DNA of 64,000 nt from Vicugna vicugna (GCA_013265495.1 MU058781.1:6290522-6354521), one strand, 5' to 3'. Positions 1 to 14,684 are shown, counted from the stretch's first letter. The notes: generated from the letters alone by a model not told the origin. Program-made: numbers and translations.

Positions 1-215
1 AACATTCAGGATGTCCTCTCTCAGCAACATTCAAGTATATGATACACAATTATTACCTACAATCACCAAGCTGTCCATTAGATACCCAAACTTGTTAACC
101 TTATAACACCAAGTTTACACCCTTGGAGCGATGTCTCCCCATCCCCTACTCCTCAACTCCTGGTGACCACCACTCTACCCTCCGTTTCTGTGAATTTGTC
201 TTTTTCAGATTTCAC
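1..215 (-). mobile_element. Old LINE-1 3' end fragment
   Basis: Resembles antisense L1M 3' UTR text (…ctggtgaccaccactctaccctccgtttctgtgaatttg…). Confidence 0.6.
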
Positions 216-2989
216 AAGAGTTGGACTCTCAGAGTATTCGTCAATATTCCCAAACTAGAAGAGCTGACATAAACCTCCAGATTGCTGACAATTTGAAAGA
301 TCTGCCAAAACAGGGCTGCATTCCTCCTTGGCAATATGTGGCTGGAGTTAAGCCATGGTCATCCCTTTAGTGGAATCCACAGGTGCCGTGTTCCAACCAT
401 TGCCTGGTGTCTTCGGTCCACTCGTTGTGATGCTGGCACCGTAGTCTGCCTTCCACCCCTGTTTCTTCCCCTGATGGACATTTGAATGTGTGCCACCTCC
501 CCTACCACAGAGAGCATTAACCGTGGAGCAGGGCTGGCCCCAAGCAAAACTGCAGGGCTCCAGCACATCCTATTTCTTCTTAACTATCTTACCCTATTTA
601 ACACCTCTACCCTCCTTCCAAACCCACCAACTTAGTACTTCCCAACTGTCCCCCTGCCCTGTTTCTGAAAGACAGGGCATCATCTCATCCACAATAAATT
701 GTTAGTGATTAACACATCTTTGGGGGGAAAACAGCCAGAAGATGTTAGCATTTCCAAATGGTGAAACTCCAGCCAAGGTGACACTTCGATGAGTGAGGAG
801 GGTCTTAGAGAACCACATCTTGTGGACAATTACTCCTTCTCCACTTTATGTCAGCCAGCTAAAATATTTGCCAAACTGTCAGAAGGACTGTTCCTTTTTG
901 CTTCTCAGGCTAGTGGTTTGCCAAGGAATCCCAGCCCTTATTGGTTCTTCCTGGGAGAAATATTTAGATAATTCAGTCCTATTCTGAGATGGGGTGCCCT
1001 GTGGGTTCTAGCCTACAGAAGCTTAACATGTGCTCACGGTGCCATGTGGCTGTTAAGCATGCATGCGCGTGCACACACACACTTGAATATAAACTTAGCC
1101 TTAGATAAAGCATAAGAAGTAGTTTCATTGAAATCTTAACCCACATGTGGGGATTAGTACAGGTCATTCTGGGAGCCCACATATTATGAGGAACACTGGC
1201 AAGTGAAGAGCATTCGGAGGAAAGAAACCTGGAGAGGGGAGAGATTGGAACCACACCAGTAAAAAAGAGAAGGTTAAAGAAAAACTCAGTGGCTCCCTTC
1301 AGAGGTTTGAAGGGCTGTCACTGACAGGGAACCAGATGGATCAGGTTTCTGTTGTGCCAAAGAACAAACCAAGACCAATGGATAGATGTTAAGAGATGAG
1401 AGTGGGAGGCGATTTTGGCTCAGGAACTAAATTTAACAGCTACGAGCTAGAGATTAGAGGAAAATGGCTTTCCCTTTTCCTAAAAATATCCCAGGAGAGG
1501 CTGTTTGACCATCTGTTTGGAATGCTATAGAAAGAATTCTTACAATAGTTGCTGGCCTGATTCGACTTCGCTGGGACTCTTCATACTGAATTCCACTTTT
1601 GTGTGATTCTGCTTGCATTTCGCAGAGAACATATCATCCACAAACGCAGGATAATGTCTCTACCTATTCCATTTGAACAGTGGTGTAATCATTCAGGTCC
1701 AATTACACCAATGTTCTCTTTCAGACCCAGCACCTGTGATTTCTGCAGTTTTGCCTCTGTGCCCCTTTATTCCTGTTGTCACTAAGCATGTGAGATAGAT
1801 TTTCACTCAGCGGGTTTTTCCTAAGCACTCTTGCAAAGAAAATGATGTGGCCAATTGTTTGTATTGCGGATAGCCTTTTTCTGTCCCCAGGATATGGCCA
1901 ACATATTTATGACTCACATTCACAGGACAGAAGGATTGTTCTGGCTTGTGCTTTTACTTCTTTTGGCCAACTGGGGGAGTTATTTATAAACATTTATTGA
2001 TTCGGATTCATAAACCAAAGGTGGGGGGGGTGTTAATCTTGCTGTGCTGGTTGCTATGGTAACTAGCATTTCACACAAGTACTCACCAGCCAGCAGTGGT
2101 GGCTCAGAACAAACCCCAAAGCCTACCTGTAGCTTCAAATGGTGCATTTGCTCCTTTTTACATTTTTAATTGAAAATCAGTTATTTCCTCCACCAGTGCC
2201 ATGAGATAGACCACTGTATTGAAGTAAAAAAAAAAAAGAAAAAGATTTACTTATTCCTGAGATGATTCTGTACTTGTCTTGGGGCATTTTCCAGACAGAT
2301 GTGACTTCTAATCCATTTCAACTGTCAAGAATTAAAAAGATTCCACCCTAACTCTCTGTGATGGGTTGACGGTGATACGGAAGAAATTTGGGTTCTATTC
2401 TGCATCTCCAAGGAACTTAGAGCTGGAATCAAGGACCACAAAGACAGAACAGCAGACAGACAACACAAGAAAAATGTAGTCAAGTGCTATATACCACGTA
2501 ACACAGAGGGCGACAGAAGCAAAGCACACTGGGTGGAGCCCAGGCGGCAGAGTGAGACAGAACAAGTTTGACCCATGTGGCCTTTGAAATGAGAACCATA
2601 TCAGCCCCTAGGGTTGTCTTAAGGATTAAACAACGGAATTCTATAAAGTGCCTAAAATACTGTCAGACCCATAGCGAGCACTCAAGTAATAAGAATTCTT
2701 ATTTTTGTGTTGGGAAAATTTATTGAGATAATAAATTATGTTTTGTTTTTCCCAGGAGATTCAGGTTTTAATGTGGTGCAGGGGGTGGGGATCAGGGTTG
2801 AAGCTTATACATAATTTTTAGGCCCTGTTTTAAAAACATAATAAAAACTTATGAATATAAAATCAGGTATAAGGAAGAACTACTAATGTAAAACTTAAGC
2901 AGACAAAATCCCCCAAATAACATATTTTCTTATTTGATTGCCTGACATGTCTGTAATATTTCTTTCTATACTTTCTAGCTATAGTCTCT

Positions 2990-3330
2990 TTTTTCTTTTT
3001 TTAACTTTATTTATTTTACAATATCATATTTTTAAAATTGAAGCATAGCTGATGTACAATATTATATGTTACAGGTATACAATATAGTGATTCACAATTT
3101 TTAAAGGTTATACTCCATTTATAGTTATTATAAAATATTAGCTATATTCCCCATGTTGTACAATACAACCTTGTAGCTTGTTTTATACCTGACAGTTTGA
3201 ACCTCTTTTTTTTTAACATTTTTTATTGATTTATAATCATTTTACAATGTTGTGTCAAATTCCCAGTTTGAACCTCTTAATTCTCCACCTGCATCTTGCT
3301 CCTGCCCCTTCCCCCACCCCACTGACTGCA
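2990..3330 (-). mobile_element. LINE-1 3' end, interrupted by a 56-bp younger L1 tail
   Basis: T-rich tail, then aattgaagcatagctgatgtacaatattata…, which aligns by eye with the element at 44354-44874. Confidence 0.75.
3208..3263 (-). mobile_element. Extremely 5'-truncated young L1 (poly-A plus last ~50 nt) with 15-bp TSD
   Basis: TSD CAGTTTGAACCTCTT at 3193-3207 and 3264-3278; insert nearly identical to about 54026-54082. Confidence 0.85.
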
Positions 3331-4974
3331 TACTCTGATCGCCTCTTTGTATGATGTTGGTTTTGTAACAGGTTCTACAAAGCAAAAGTACAAAGATAAC
3401 ACAGTCCTTCCTCTAGCAGAGTTATTTTAAATTTGCTTTTTATGATTGATGGCTGGGATGCATAAAACATGTAACTTCACAGCCAGATATACGTTTTTTG
3501 TGTGTTACTGCTACAGGCTTCAGTCTTATAAACACAGCAATTCGGATAAATTTTATTTCATGTGATGGCTGTAAAATAGGAAGAAAATGAAAAATAGGAA
3601 GAAACTACAGTGCACATATAATTGTATAGGTAGCAATGTTCTAGAGAGAGCTTCTGTTTTGACTAGGCGTCCACGAGAACAGAATACTTGGCAGACATTT
3701 TTCTACAATTGGTGATTGGAAGAATTTTCCACATACCACCTTCCTGCTCCATGCATTTGATTGTTTCTCTTCCACCATCCATGTATTTCTGGTGCCAGGT
3801 TCTCAAGGAGACATACATACCCTAACTGATCCCCTGGCCTTGCCCAGGGTGTTAGCAGAGTTAGCCAATGTGGGGGTTTCTAGGAGCCATTCCTACATCA
3901 GCATGGCTGGCAATAACCTAGCCATATACGCAAGTGACTGCCTACCACATAAATGTATTCTACTAAATCCAAACTAAATGTTTTTCCAACTCAACTTCCT
4001 CTAAGTTGGATCCCCCAAATGCCCATGGCCTCCCATCACCACCCAACACTAGGGGTGTTGTCTTGTCAACGGAAGTTAGATTATCTTTATTTCTACTGAT
4101 TTTGCAATGACCATGCGAATACATTGCTGGGGTTCCTCCCACGGTCTTAGAAAGGACCAGTGCAAGTGAGGCACCCTGAAGCTAAACTTCATTACCTCTT
4201 TGGAAATGCTTTTAGATCTTTCTGCTTTAGGGCAAAGGGACTTCATTCCACACATGTAAAAGAACAAGAGCAAGGGCTCCGAAAGGTGTAGCACTTGATG
4301 GGACCCTGGGGCATCTCGTCAGCTGTGAGCCGAGTCCTTATCAAGAGGCTCATGAGATCCAGCTCTGGAGGACCTTGAAGGGCAGGCGGAGGAAGAGCAA
4401 GGAGTGAAAGGCTTTGGGCAGGAGAGAGACTGAAGGGAAGCATTTAAAAAGAGACTTGGCTCCAGCATTTTCCTTCTCAATAAAGGTTATTTGAGAAGAT
4501 GAAGAAATTGAACAGGAACCCTAGAAAGGGGGACTCAACTTCATATGCTGCCTGGGCAGAATTATGTTTTTGGATTCGGCCCGATGTAAGCTTCTGAGGA
4601 TCAGTGTGTGACCGCAAAGCCACCTGATAGGTAGAGGCTGGGAAGAAGAGCGAGGAATTCCTGATTCTATTATCTGCTTTTCTGGGAAAATAAATAGCAA
4701 CCCCCCGGGGCTTACATCAAGTCCCCCAGGAAACAGACTGAGACGGACATTTGCTTGGAGGAAGTTTAAAGGGGCAGGGCGCTCAGAAACAGCACCTGCT
4801 GGGAAAGGGACAGAGGAGGGACGGGGCGGGCCTTTCTCTTTCTGCAGGGATTCAACTTACAATGATGTTGTAATAAAGGCTTTGTCACTGGCTCCTGGGT
4901 ATACAGTGAAGCACCTGAGCATATCTCCTTATCATGAGTGCCTTCGGAATGCCTTCAAGAAAAGAGGGAGAAGC

Positions 4975-5120
4975 GGGAGGGTAGAGCTCAGTGGTAGTGT
5001 GTACTTAGCATGCACAGGGTCCTGGGTTAAATCCCCAGTACCTCCACTTTAGTTAGTAAGTAAGTAAATAAATAAACAAATCTAATCTCACCCCCCCCCA
5101 AAATAAAACACTAAAAAAGA
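4975..5120 (+). mobile_element. tRNA-derived SINE (Vic-1-like, camelid)
   Basis: gggagggtagagctcagtggtag (A box) … gggttaaatcccc (B box) … A-rich tail; related to the copies at 41.5 and 42.5 kb. Confidence 0.8.
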
Positions 5121-7369
5121 AAAGAGAGAAGGAATACATTTCCTTATAAAGAAGCTTTGGACCAAATGATCCTCCCACAACCAGCTCACCATTGACCTAA
5201 ACCCCAGACCATCAGAGAGTCCTTCCCACTTGCCTTAAGGACTAATAAAGAGAGCATTCCGGGCCTCACAAGCCACTTTAGGTATCTTGACAGGAGATGC
5301 CATAAATAAGTAATTCACTCCCAGGTCCAATTTCTTTTGTTTAGTTTAAGTGTCCAAACGCCACCTTGTTGTTTTATTAATGCAGGTGTCTCATTTCCAT
5401 TCTCAGTTTCAAAGCTGATGGAATCAAAAACAAAAAACAAACCAAAAAAACCCCCACCAAACTAACCCTGCATCTGTTATTAGGCCAAAGTCTATCAATC
5501 TCCTCCATGCAAAGTATCTCAATTTGGTATATGAAAGAAAAAACTTCTATTGGCATTGTGTCTAGTTTGTTTAGGACACATACCTCTCTCTGCAGTGACT
5601 GTGTGCTGCATCAGTCCTATCTTACAGTGAGAAACCACGCCTGGTTGTATGTAAAGTGGACTCTACCAGTCTGTGTGATCGGCTTGTAAAGAAACGTTGG
5701 CTCTCATCCTCTAGGAAGGATGATTAAAATGAGCCCCAGACATGCCTGAGTGATGGTAGAGGAGCCCACGAGAATGTCCGCTCACAGGCAAATGCCAAAG
5801 TTGAACTTAATTAGCTAAGGACCTGGAAGAGCTCCAAAGAGGCTCAGAACCAGAAGGAACCATGGAGATGGTACAGCCAACCTCCTACAGGCAAGAACAC
5901 TGAGGTCAATGCGGTTTAAATAACTTCTCCAACACTAGTGTGAACTGAGAACAGAGACAAGAGTAAAACCCAGCCCTCCTGACCCTCACGCCAACCCTGT
6001 AACCTGAGGTTCTCCAACAGAACTGCCTAATCCGGGGGCTGTAATTTCATGTGCCAGGAAATACCCAAAGCCATTGCATAACTATGCCACTTCTTTTAAA
6101 TCTTAAATATTACCTTAGGATAAGTAAGTTAAAATGATGTTTTATTAAATTTTTTTTTTTTTTGCAGAAAAGAGGGAGAAGGCGAAAACAAAATTTACAT
6201 GAATTTTTAAGGGGAACCCAAATCTCAAAGGAAGTTTACACCTGGGGCAGCCAAGCATAACCTCTCAGAAAGCATGTGTTGCCACTGCTCAGGGCACATC
6301 ATGGGCTGGTTTAACAAGCACTGCTTTACCTCTCACTGCCTCTAATGCCCAGCAAATCCCTTCAAGGACGACTTTGGCTAATTGCTTTTTGCTGTGGCCA
6401 TTTTCCCCTCCTCTGTCCCTCCTAGTGAGAGTGACTCAAGCCCATGTGTTCCAGAATCTGCTGGTTTCCTTCTTCTTGGATAGAAGAGGGGAAATAGCCT
6501 CAATGTCTTATGTGGAAACTTGAAACATTTGTATGCTTCTCGGCCATATTCTTTTTCGACTATAGGTCCAATGTGGCACTACTAAGCCTGGGAAGGGATA
6601 ACCTGTGTGTACATATATATATATATATATATATTTTAATCTTCTCTATTAGTTCTACATAGTGTTTTTTCCTAACAAAGATGTTACTCAAATCCATATC
6701 TCCTTTTTTTCTTCATCCCAATTGACTATCACTCCCATGTTTTAAAAAGTAAACACATTTTCCCCCCTTCATTTAGTTTACCTCCTGTCCTGCAAAAGGA
6801 GTTGCTCTTAGAGTTTCCTTCAAGCACCTGTGGTATGAAGCGTCTGTTTTGTGAAAGTAGAAGCTGCGAGAGTGAACGTTTTTTACACCCCTTACCAAAT
6901 CTCTTGAGATCTGGCCAGAGTAACAGCTAGAATTATTTAGGTAGGTATTCCTGATTCATTTCTGCTGAGAGAAACAGGCTACAAACATTAATCTGTATGG
7001 TTCTTTTTCACTAATTACCTGCGGTGTGTTGCAATTGGTATGGCTCCAATTCTTTACGTTTCTTATAACCATGTACTTTTCCACATGTCTTTACACCCTT
7101 TCCTATGAAGCGGTAGAACATACTTCCTTGTTCTTTGATTGAGAGTTTAGTCATATGACTTGTTTTGGTCAATGGTATCTAACATACATGGCATGAGCAG
7201 AAGCTTAAAGGGTGCCTTCATATACCTGCTTGCTCTCCTGCATCCCTGCTATTACCATAAGAAGATCATTCTCAATCCCAGGAGAAGGATGAGAGATAGA
7301 TGGAGTAAAGCCACCCCCAGTCAGCTCCAGAGGTCTGGGTGTGTCCAGCCAAAACCAGTATTTGGTTAT

Positions 7370-8520
7370 TTTATTTGAGAACTTTGAAGATATCATCCTA
7401 CTGACTCCTGGCTTCCATTGCTTTGTTGAAAAAATCAACTGTTAACCTTATTGTTTCCCATCTGGCTGCTTGCAAGGTTTTTTTCCCCTCTCTTCTTGTT
7501 TTTTAGCAGTTTTTACTGTGTTGTGCTTAGACATGATTTTCTTTATATTATTTCTCATGAGGTTTTTAGTGTTTTCTTAAATCTGTGGCTGGATGTCTTT
7601 CAGGGTTGTTGTTTTGGGGTTATTTTTAAAAATTCTCAGCCATTATCTTTTCATATATTTCTTTTGCCCCATTATCTCTCTCCTCTTCTACAAGAACACA
7701 AATAATATGTGATGATGTCTTTCCTATGTACCCTGTCTCTTATGTTCTTATTGGTGTTTTCCATTTTTTGTTATTGCTGTTGCTCTGGGATTCAGAAGGG
7801 ATATTTTCATGTGATTTATCTTCCATATATTAATTCTCTTTTTATCTGACTCTAATCTGCTAATAAACTCATCCACTGAGTTCTTAACTTCAGCTATTGT
7901 ATTTTTTTTACTTCTAAAATTATCATTTGGTTCTTTTTATGTTTTTCATTCATCTTTCAAGATTCTCATCTGAATTTTTAAAATTTTCTAAACATTCTGA
8001 AACTCATCTATTCCATTTTCTATAGATTTGTGTCTATTTTTAATGATCTCTCTTATGGTTTTTCCATGTTCTGTTGTATCCTCATGTGACTGGTTAATTT
8101 TTATTAATTGTGGATATGACATGTGAAAGATGGTAAAAGACGATTTGAGGTTTTAGACAATGTTATTTTTCTCCAGAGACTTATATTTGCTTCTAACAGG
8201 CTAGGCTAAGGCATTTGCAATCTGCAATCACATTGATTCAATCAAAGATTGAGATTATTCAAAACCTAGGTGAGGGTTCCCAGGTTATTCCCCACCCTTG
8301 ACAAGCCATCTTATTTTTTGTCCTCCTAGATTTATGAGTCAATGGAGAGGTTTTAGATTCTCAGCTGCCTTTTCTGAAACTAACAGCTGCATCCAAGATA
8401 AAGCAGTCGCAAATACTGAGCCTAGCTCTCTAAGCTTCCTTCCCCTCCCCCAGATTTGTCCCCATAATTTTTTAATGCCTTAGGAACTATCTTATGTCTT
8501 CAAACAGATTTTTTTTGCTC
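7370..8520 (-). mobile_element. Ancient LINE-1 (ORF1-region) fragments, antisense
   Basis: Strongly T-rich degenerate sequence typical of antisense L1M ORF1; no intact ORF. Confidence 0.5.
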
Positions 8521-8539
8521 ATATTCTCTGTTTGTTCTC

Positions 8540-10310
8540 AGAGAGAAAAGAAAAATATTAACCTCAAAAAGAATATTGAGAAGCATCAGAAATGTTGGAA
8601 ACCTGAAGACAATAGAACGACATTTTTCAAATAATGACAAAATAACTGCCAACATAAAGTTTCACATCTGAAAAAAATTTTTCAAAATTAAAAGCCAAAA
8701 TAAAGACTTTAACAGGTAAATGCAAATGGAGAGAATTTGTTACCAGTAAGCCCTTAATCAGAGAAATACAGAAGAAAATTCTTCAGGTGGAAGAAAAATG
8801 ATCCCATATGGATAGCATAAATGTGGGTAGAAATGAAGCACAAACAAAAGTTGGGAAATCTATGTGAATATTGACTGTCCAAAACAACAGTAATAAGGTT
8901 TTATAGGGCTCAAATATATGCAAAATTAAAACATATGACAATAATAACTCAAAAGGCAGAAGGGATAAATGGAGTTAAAGTGCTTTAAAGTCATATTATT
9001 GCCTATAAATACTAGACAATGTAAAAATACTACTTTATATTAGTAGTGTAGGCATACATCATTTTATTTTTCTTCACTTTATTGTGCTTTGCAGATACTG
9101 CATTTTTTACAAGTTGAAGTTTTGTGGCAACTCTGCATTGTCAGATGATGGTTAACATTTTTTAGCAATAAAATAGTTTTAAATTAAGATATGTACATTG
9201 TTTTTTAGACATAAAGCAAATGCATACTTAATACTACAGCATAGTGTAATATAACTTTTACATGCACTGGGAAACCAAACTATCGCAATATTTGCCTTAT
9301 TGCAGTGGCCTGGAATCAAACCTGCAATATCTCCAAGGTATGCCCATATATAAATGGGTGGTGGGACATAGTTCAGGAGAATAAAAGAAAGGAGAGAATA
9401 GGGACCATGAAAAAGATATAGGACAAATTGAAAACAAATAAAATGGTAACTATAAACCCAAATAATCTGTATTTGTGATCACATTAAATGTAAACAGACT
9501 AGTTACTCAAAAATGCTTTAAAACTGGACTAAAATAAGTGAACTCTAACTATAACCTACTTATAAGAGAAACACTGTAAATATAAGAACAAAGAAAAGTT
9601 GAGTGTAAAAGATGGGAGAAAAAGATACTGTATAAATAAAAATAAAAAGATGATATCGTTATATCAATAGCTGGCAAAGTAGACTTTAGGGTAAGAAATA
9701 TTAATGGGGATAAAAGGGACAAAGATATATAACAGTTGTAAATTTCTATGCACTTAATAACATGGTACCAGAATATATAAAGAAAAGTTTGACCGAAATA
9801 AAGGAAAAATAGACAAATTCACAATCATAATGAGAGAATGTACCCATCTCCCTCAGTAAATAAAAGATCAAGCAGGAAAAATATCGGTAAGGCTATAAAA
9901 AAAAAGCTGAACAACATAGTTAACACACTTGAATTATTTGGGATATATAGAACACTATACCCAACAACAGGACACATGTGCAAATGTATAAGGAACATCT
10001 ATGAAAATTAGCCATATGCTGGTCCACAAAGCAGATCTCAACAAAACTCAGAGATTTTAATTATTCAAGATATGTTTTCTGACCAAAGTAGAATTAAACT
10101 AGGAATTAATAATAAAAATATAATTTAAAAATTCTCAAATATTTGGAAATTAAACAACAAATTTCTATTCTAAAAATGCAAGATTGTTTAAAACTTGAAA
10201 ATCCATCAATATAATTCACATTAACAGAAAGAAAATGATTAAAATTATATAATCTTGATAGATGCAGAAAAAAATTTTGATAAAATTTAGTAACATTCAG
10301 TACTCACCCA
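8540..10310 (+). mobile_element. Ancient LINE-1 (ORF1 end / ORF2 endonuclease region), degenerate
   Basis: A-rich; remnants such as aaagtagacttt, gaccaaagtagaattaaactaggaat and atagatgcagaaaaaa…tttgataaaatt. Confidence 0.65.
9049..9346 (+). mobile_element. Internally deleted Tigger1-type DNA transposon nested in L1
   Basis: Ends (t)aggcatacatcattttatt…ctttattgtgctttgcagatactgc and gcaatatctccaaggtatgcc match the Tigger1 terminal inverted repeats (CAGGCATACC…GGTATGCCTG). Confidence 0.8.
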
Positions 10311-10364
10311 TGATACTTTAAAAAACAAAACAAAAACAACAAACAAAAAAACCCTTCTCTAAAA

Positions 10365-10611
10365 AAGGAACTCTCGTACACTGCTGGTGGGAGTGTAAAT
10401 TGGTGCAGCCACTGTACAAAACAGTATGAGGTTTCTCAAAAAACTATATGATCCAGCAATTCCACTCCTGGGTACATGTCTGAAAAAAAAACACACTAAT
10501 TCAAAAAGGTAAAGGTACCCCAATGTTCATAGCAGCATTATTTACAATAGCCAAGATGTGGAAGCAATCTAAGTGTTCATCAACAGATGAAATGGATAAA
10601 GAAGATGTGGT

Positions 10612-10647
<36 letters not shown>

Positions 10648-10868
10648 TAGAATACTAATCAACCATTAAAAAGATATGAGTTTTGCCATTTGCAACAACA
10701 TGAATGAACTTGGAGGGTATTACGCTAAGTTAAATAACTCAGAGAAAGACAAATACTGTATGATATCACTTATATGTGGAATCTAAAAAAAACTAAAACA
10801 AACTAGTGACTATAACAAAAAGGAAACAGACTCACAGATCTAGAGAACAAACTACTGGCTACCAGAGG
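10365..10868 (+). mobile_element. LINE-1 ORF2 3' end / 3' UTR fragment containing a (CA)n microsatellite
   Basis: ggaactctcgtacactgctggtgggagtgtaaattggtgcagccact…gatccagcaattccactcctggg…; (CA)n at about 10614-10645. Confidence 0.85.
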
Positions 10869-10869
10869 T

Positions 10870-11425
10870 TGGCAATTTCCAAGATGGCTCACAGTAATCA
10901 CTGACTTCTTGTATTTATAGCCTTGGGTGATCCCTTGTCCTTGACAGTGGCTAGTCTTACTGTTCACTCCTGACAAATAGAAACAGAAGTAATGGATGTC
11001 ATTTCTGCAATTAGGTTATACAAAGAATGGCTTCCATTGAGATTTTCTCTCTCTCATTTGTTTGTTTACTCACTCTAAGAGAAGCCAGCTGCCATATTAT
11101 AAGCAATCCTATAGAGAGGCTCATGTGATGTGGTGAGACATCAAAGCTCTCAGTCCAACACCCATGAAGAACTGGAATCTGCAGACAGTCACATGAGCGA
11201 GCTTGAAAGCAGATTTTCCAGCATAAATTGAGTTTTGAGATGATTGCAGCCCTGGCCGACCAGCCCTGGCCAACAGCTCTACTACAACCTCTTGGAAGAT
11301 CATTCACTAGAGGCACCCAACTAAATGGCACCCAGATTCTTGATCCACATAAACTGAGATAATAAATGTTGTTTTAAGCTAGTAAGTTTTGGGGAAATTT
11401 ATTATGCACCAGTATGTAATTGATA
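10870..11425 (+). mobile_element. MaLR LTR (MLT1 type)
   Basis: Characteristic segments agaagccagctgccat…, tgagatgattgcagccctggcc…, aaactgagataataaatgttgttttaagct. Confidence 0.75.
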
Positions 11426-12824
11426 TGTACTCCTATGCATCAGTAAGAAAAAGTTAACCCAATAAAAAAAAAGGTAAAAGTGGACAGAAGACTTTGCAAA
11501 AGACAATATCCAGTGGCCAGTAAATAAATTTTTTAAAGACTAACCTCATTAGTAAGCAGAAAATGCCATAAAGAGCGACCACTCTCCACCTACCAATACG
11601 GATAATATTTTTAAAGGACTAATTATAACAGTGTTGGTAAGGATGTGGAGCTACTGGATCTCTCATTCATTGTTGGTAGGAGTGTTAATTGATGCAGCCA
11701 CTTTGGAAAACTCCTTGGCAGTTCCCACTAAATCTGAACGTATGTATACCTTATGACTCCTAGGTAAATGCATTCCTACTTATTAGAAATATGTTCACAA
11801 AAAAAAAAATCACTGAATTCATCAAAAAGACAATACATATTCATTGCAAACACACATTGAGATCTGCAAAAAAAATCAACATTTTAGGCTACAGAGGAAG
11901 TGTTTCTAAATGGCCGACATCAAGATGAAGAGGGAAATTCACTAGTTTTATTCACTACTCCCTTCCCACATCCTGCATAGGGAGACAGTATTTGATCCTT
12001 ATTATTTTGTTATTGATCTTAAGTAGCCTATGTAGAAATTGAGACAGAGGGAGTCCCACTATAACATTTCATTACATATCTTTTTTATCTGTCCATTTTC
12101 AAACTTTTCTATTTTTCTTTGGAGAGCTGTGGTTTTACTCCAATGTGTTTAGGTGTGGATTTATTTTTATTTATTCTGTTCATAATTTGGTTTGCCTGTG
12201 CATGTTTTGCTTTGATTTGAGAAACAGCCATCTATTATCTCTTTAAATATTGTTTCTTCAGTTTGGAACCCCTGTTAGGCATATGTTGGGCCCTCTGAAC
12301 TAATCTTCTATGTTTCTTAACCCCTCATTTTCTACCTCTTTGTAATAATTCCTCCCTCCCCCCCATCTTGTTTTCTTTGGATAAATTCCTCAGCTCTATC
12401 CACTGGAACATTACTTCTCCACTCATCTGTATCAGATCTCTTGTTTATTTATCTATTGAGTTTTTATTTAAGTTTTTTCATTTCCTAAGTTCTATTTGGT
12501 TCTTTTATATATCCACTCTTTTAACTCACAGTATCCTATCTTGCAATACATTCTTTGTTCTTTTTTTTTTTGTCTCTGTAATAATTTAAAATATACTTAC
12601 AGCATTTTCCCAGTTACCTCATGTCTGATACCTGGTGTACTACTTTTATCTGCTGACTCATGCTCAGAGTGGTTTATTTCTTTGTGTAGTCCATAATTTT
12701 CTACTAGTAGTTCACATTGTTTCCCTCCCACCCTCAAGGGTACCCCTTAATCCTGAATGTTGGAACTATTCCTGTAGAGCCTTTACTGTTGACATTTGCA
12801 TATGATCTAATATCATATAGAAGT

Positions 12825-13050
12825 AAAAAATGTGAAATCAGACCATCTGGATTCAAATCCCTGCTCTGCTACATATTGGCCATATGACCATGAGCAAGTT
12901 ACTTATGTTCTCTGAACATAAATTTCCTTATATATAAAATATGATTAATAATAATACAGACCTCATATGAGGATTAAGAGGATTAATAGAAGTGGAGTGC
13001 CTAGAGCAGTATGCGGCATGTATTAAAAGCTCAGTAAGTTATTAGTTATT
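12825..13050 (+). mobile_element. MIR SINE
   Basis: ctggattcaaatccctgctctgctac…gagcaagttactta…ataataatacagacctcata…gaggattaa core. Confidence 0.7.
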
Positions 13051-14684
13051 ATTATTGTTCTATTTTTCTTATGATCATCACCACCATTATCATCTCATGC
13101 ATTCCTGTAAGTTTATTCCAAAAGCAGAGAGCCCCTTTTTAATGGAAATGCTACGATGTATTTTCTTTTTAATCCCAAAACAGTATCACCCTGCCATCTG
13201 TCATACTAAACAGGACTTCCTCCTCTCTAGCTCATGTAAGCTCAGAGGATGCTAATCAACTTTAAATTTAGTCTGCGTAAACTATAATTAAGAAGAGTGA
13301 CATGCTTCAAGGGCAATTTGTATATTTCTAAATTAATTATAAATAATTTTTATTATCCTCTCTTTCTTTCTCTCTCATATTAAATCGCCTGAATCATGGC
13401 TCCTCTACATCAGGGCAAGTAATTGAAAGAACGGAGTTGCAGATTAGTGACACTACCATTGGCTCAACTATCAAAACATGCTGTGAGTTGAATACCCTGT
13501 TGTGAGTTCCCTAGAGACAGAGTTCCTTGGATGGGAAGGCTTAGCAAGAATGGACGAAGTGGAGAATAATGAGTGCGGCTTTGTAGTAAAGTCTAATGAA
13601 TGACTCCTTGACATTCTCTGATCTCTGACATGACAGGCATATGGTGTTTATCAATAAATAAAAAGGATATAATTGCGTCGGGGCTGAAGCATTCAGGGCT
13701 TGGTAACATTTGGTAAGCTGGAAAGCTGTCTGCTGCACGCTTTATCCTGACAGGTGGAATAAAATAAAATATCTCCATAAAGATCTACTCAGAGTACACG
13801 ACAGTCTTTGGTTGTCTTTCATTTCCCCAAAGAAGCAGTAGGTCATGGTCTAATTTGTGTCCATAGATGTACGTTAATGTATTATTTAAATGACACTTCA
13901 AGGTAATCACAATCAGTCCTTAGAGCTTTCAATGCACAGCTCCTTAAAATACCCCCAGCCTGAAGGTCAGGACTTTTCACGGCATGTGTTTAGGGTAAAA
14001 TCTTTGCTATCACCCGTAAGTCCTTTTTCCTGCTGCCTATCATGGTCAATCTTTAGGAAATCTCATTGGTTCAACTTTCAGTCTCTCTCTGGAATTTCAC
14101 CATTTCCCCCCGCTTCTCCTGCCACCACCATCATCCCTTCACCTGTCACCTTGATAATTACGATCACCTCCTAATAGCCTCCCTGCTTTTATACTTATCA
14201 TGCTACACCCTCCAGAGTGATCTTTAAAAAGATGTCAAGTCACATCACACCAGTGTCAGATGTTTCACCTTTATAATAACATTTGTAAATTCCACTCCAT
14301 CTCTTAAAGTCTGTGATTCTACATAAAACTATGGCCAGAAAGTAAAGAGACTATTTTTACAAACATACTAGAAGTTACGTGTGATAATAAACACAGTAAT
14401 CACCTTAATAAGCTATTCACTTATCCCAGTAATGCTACCAATGCTCAAAATATTTTTGGCATTTGTATTTTTGATCTTCTTTGTAGCAGGGTAATATTTA
14501 AGAATTATTAACAAATGTTTTAATCTCAGCCAGTAAGACACAGAGGTAGGGCTGGAACCCAGGCAGTCTGGCAGCACCATCTGTGACCTTAACACGTATG
14601 CTATACTTTAAGTTATATTTCTTGTACGCCAGAGTTTGTGGACTGAGATTGATCTACTACAGCCTAATGCAAGATTATGAAGAT

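Noticed and set aside
4975..5047. tRNA-like sequences with A and B boxes (also at 41.6 and 42.5 kb)
   Set aside because: Diverged copies with A-rich tails and TSD-like flanks: SINEs, not tRNA genes.
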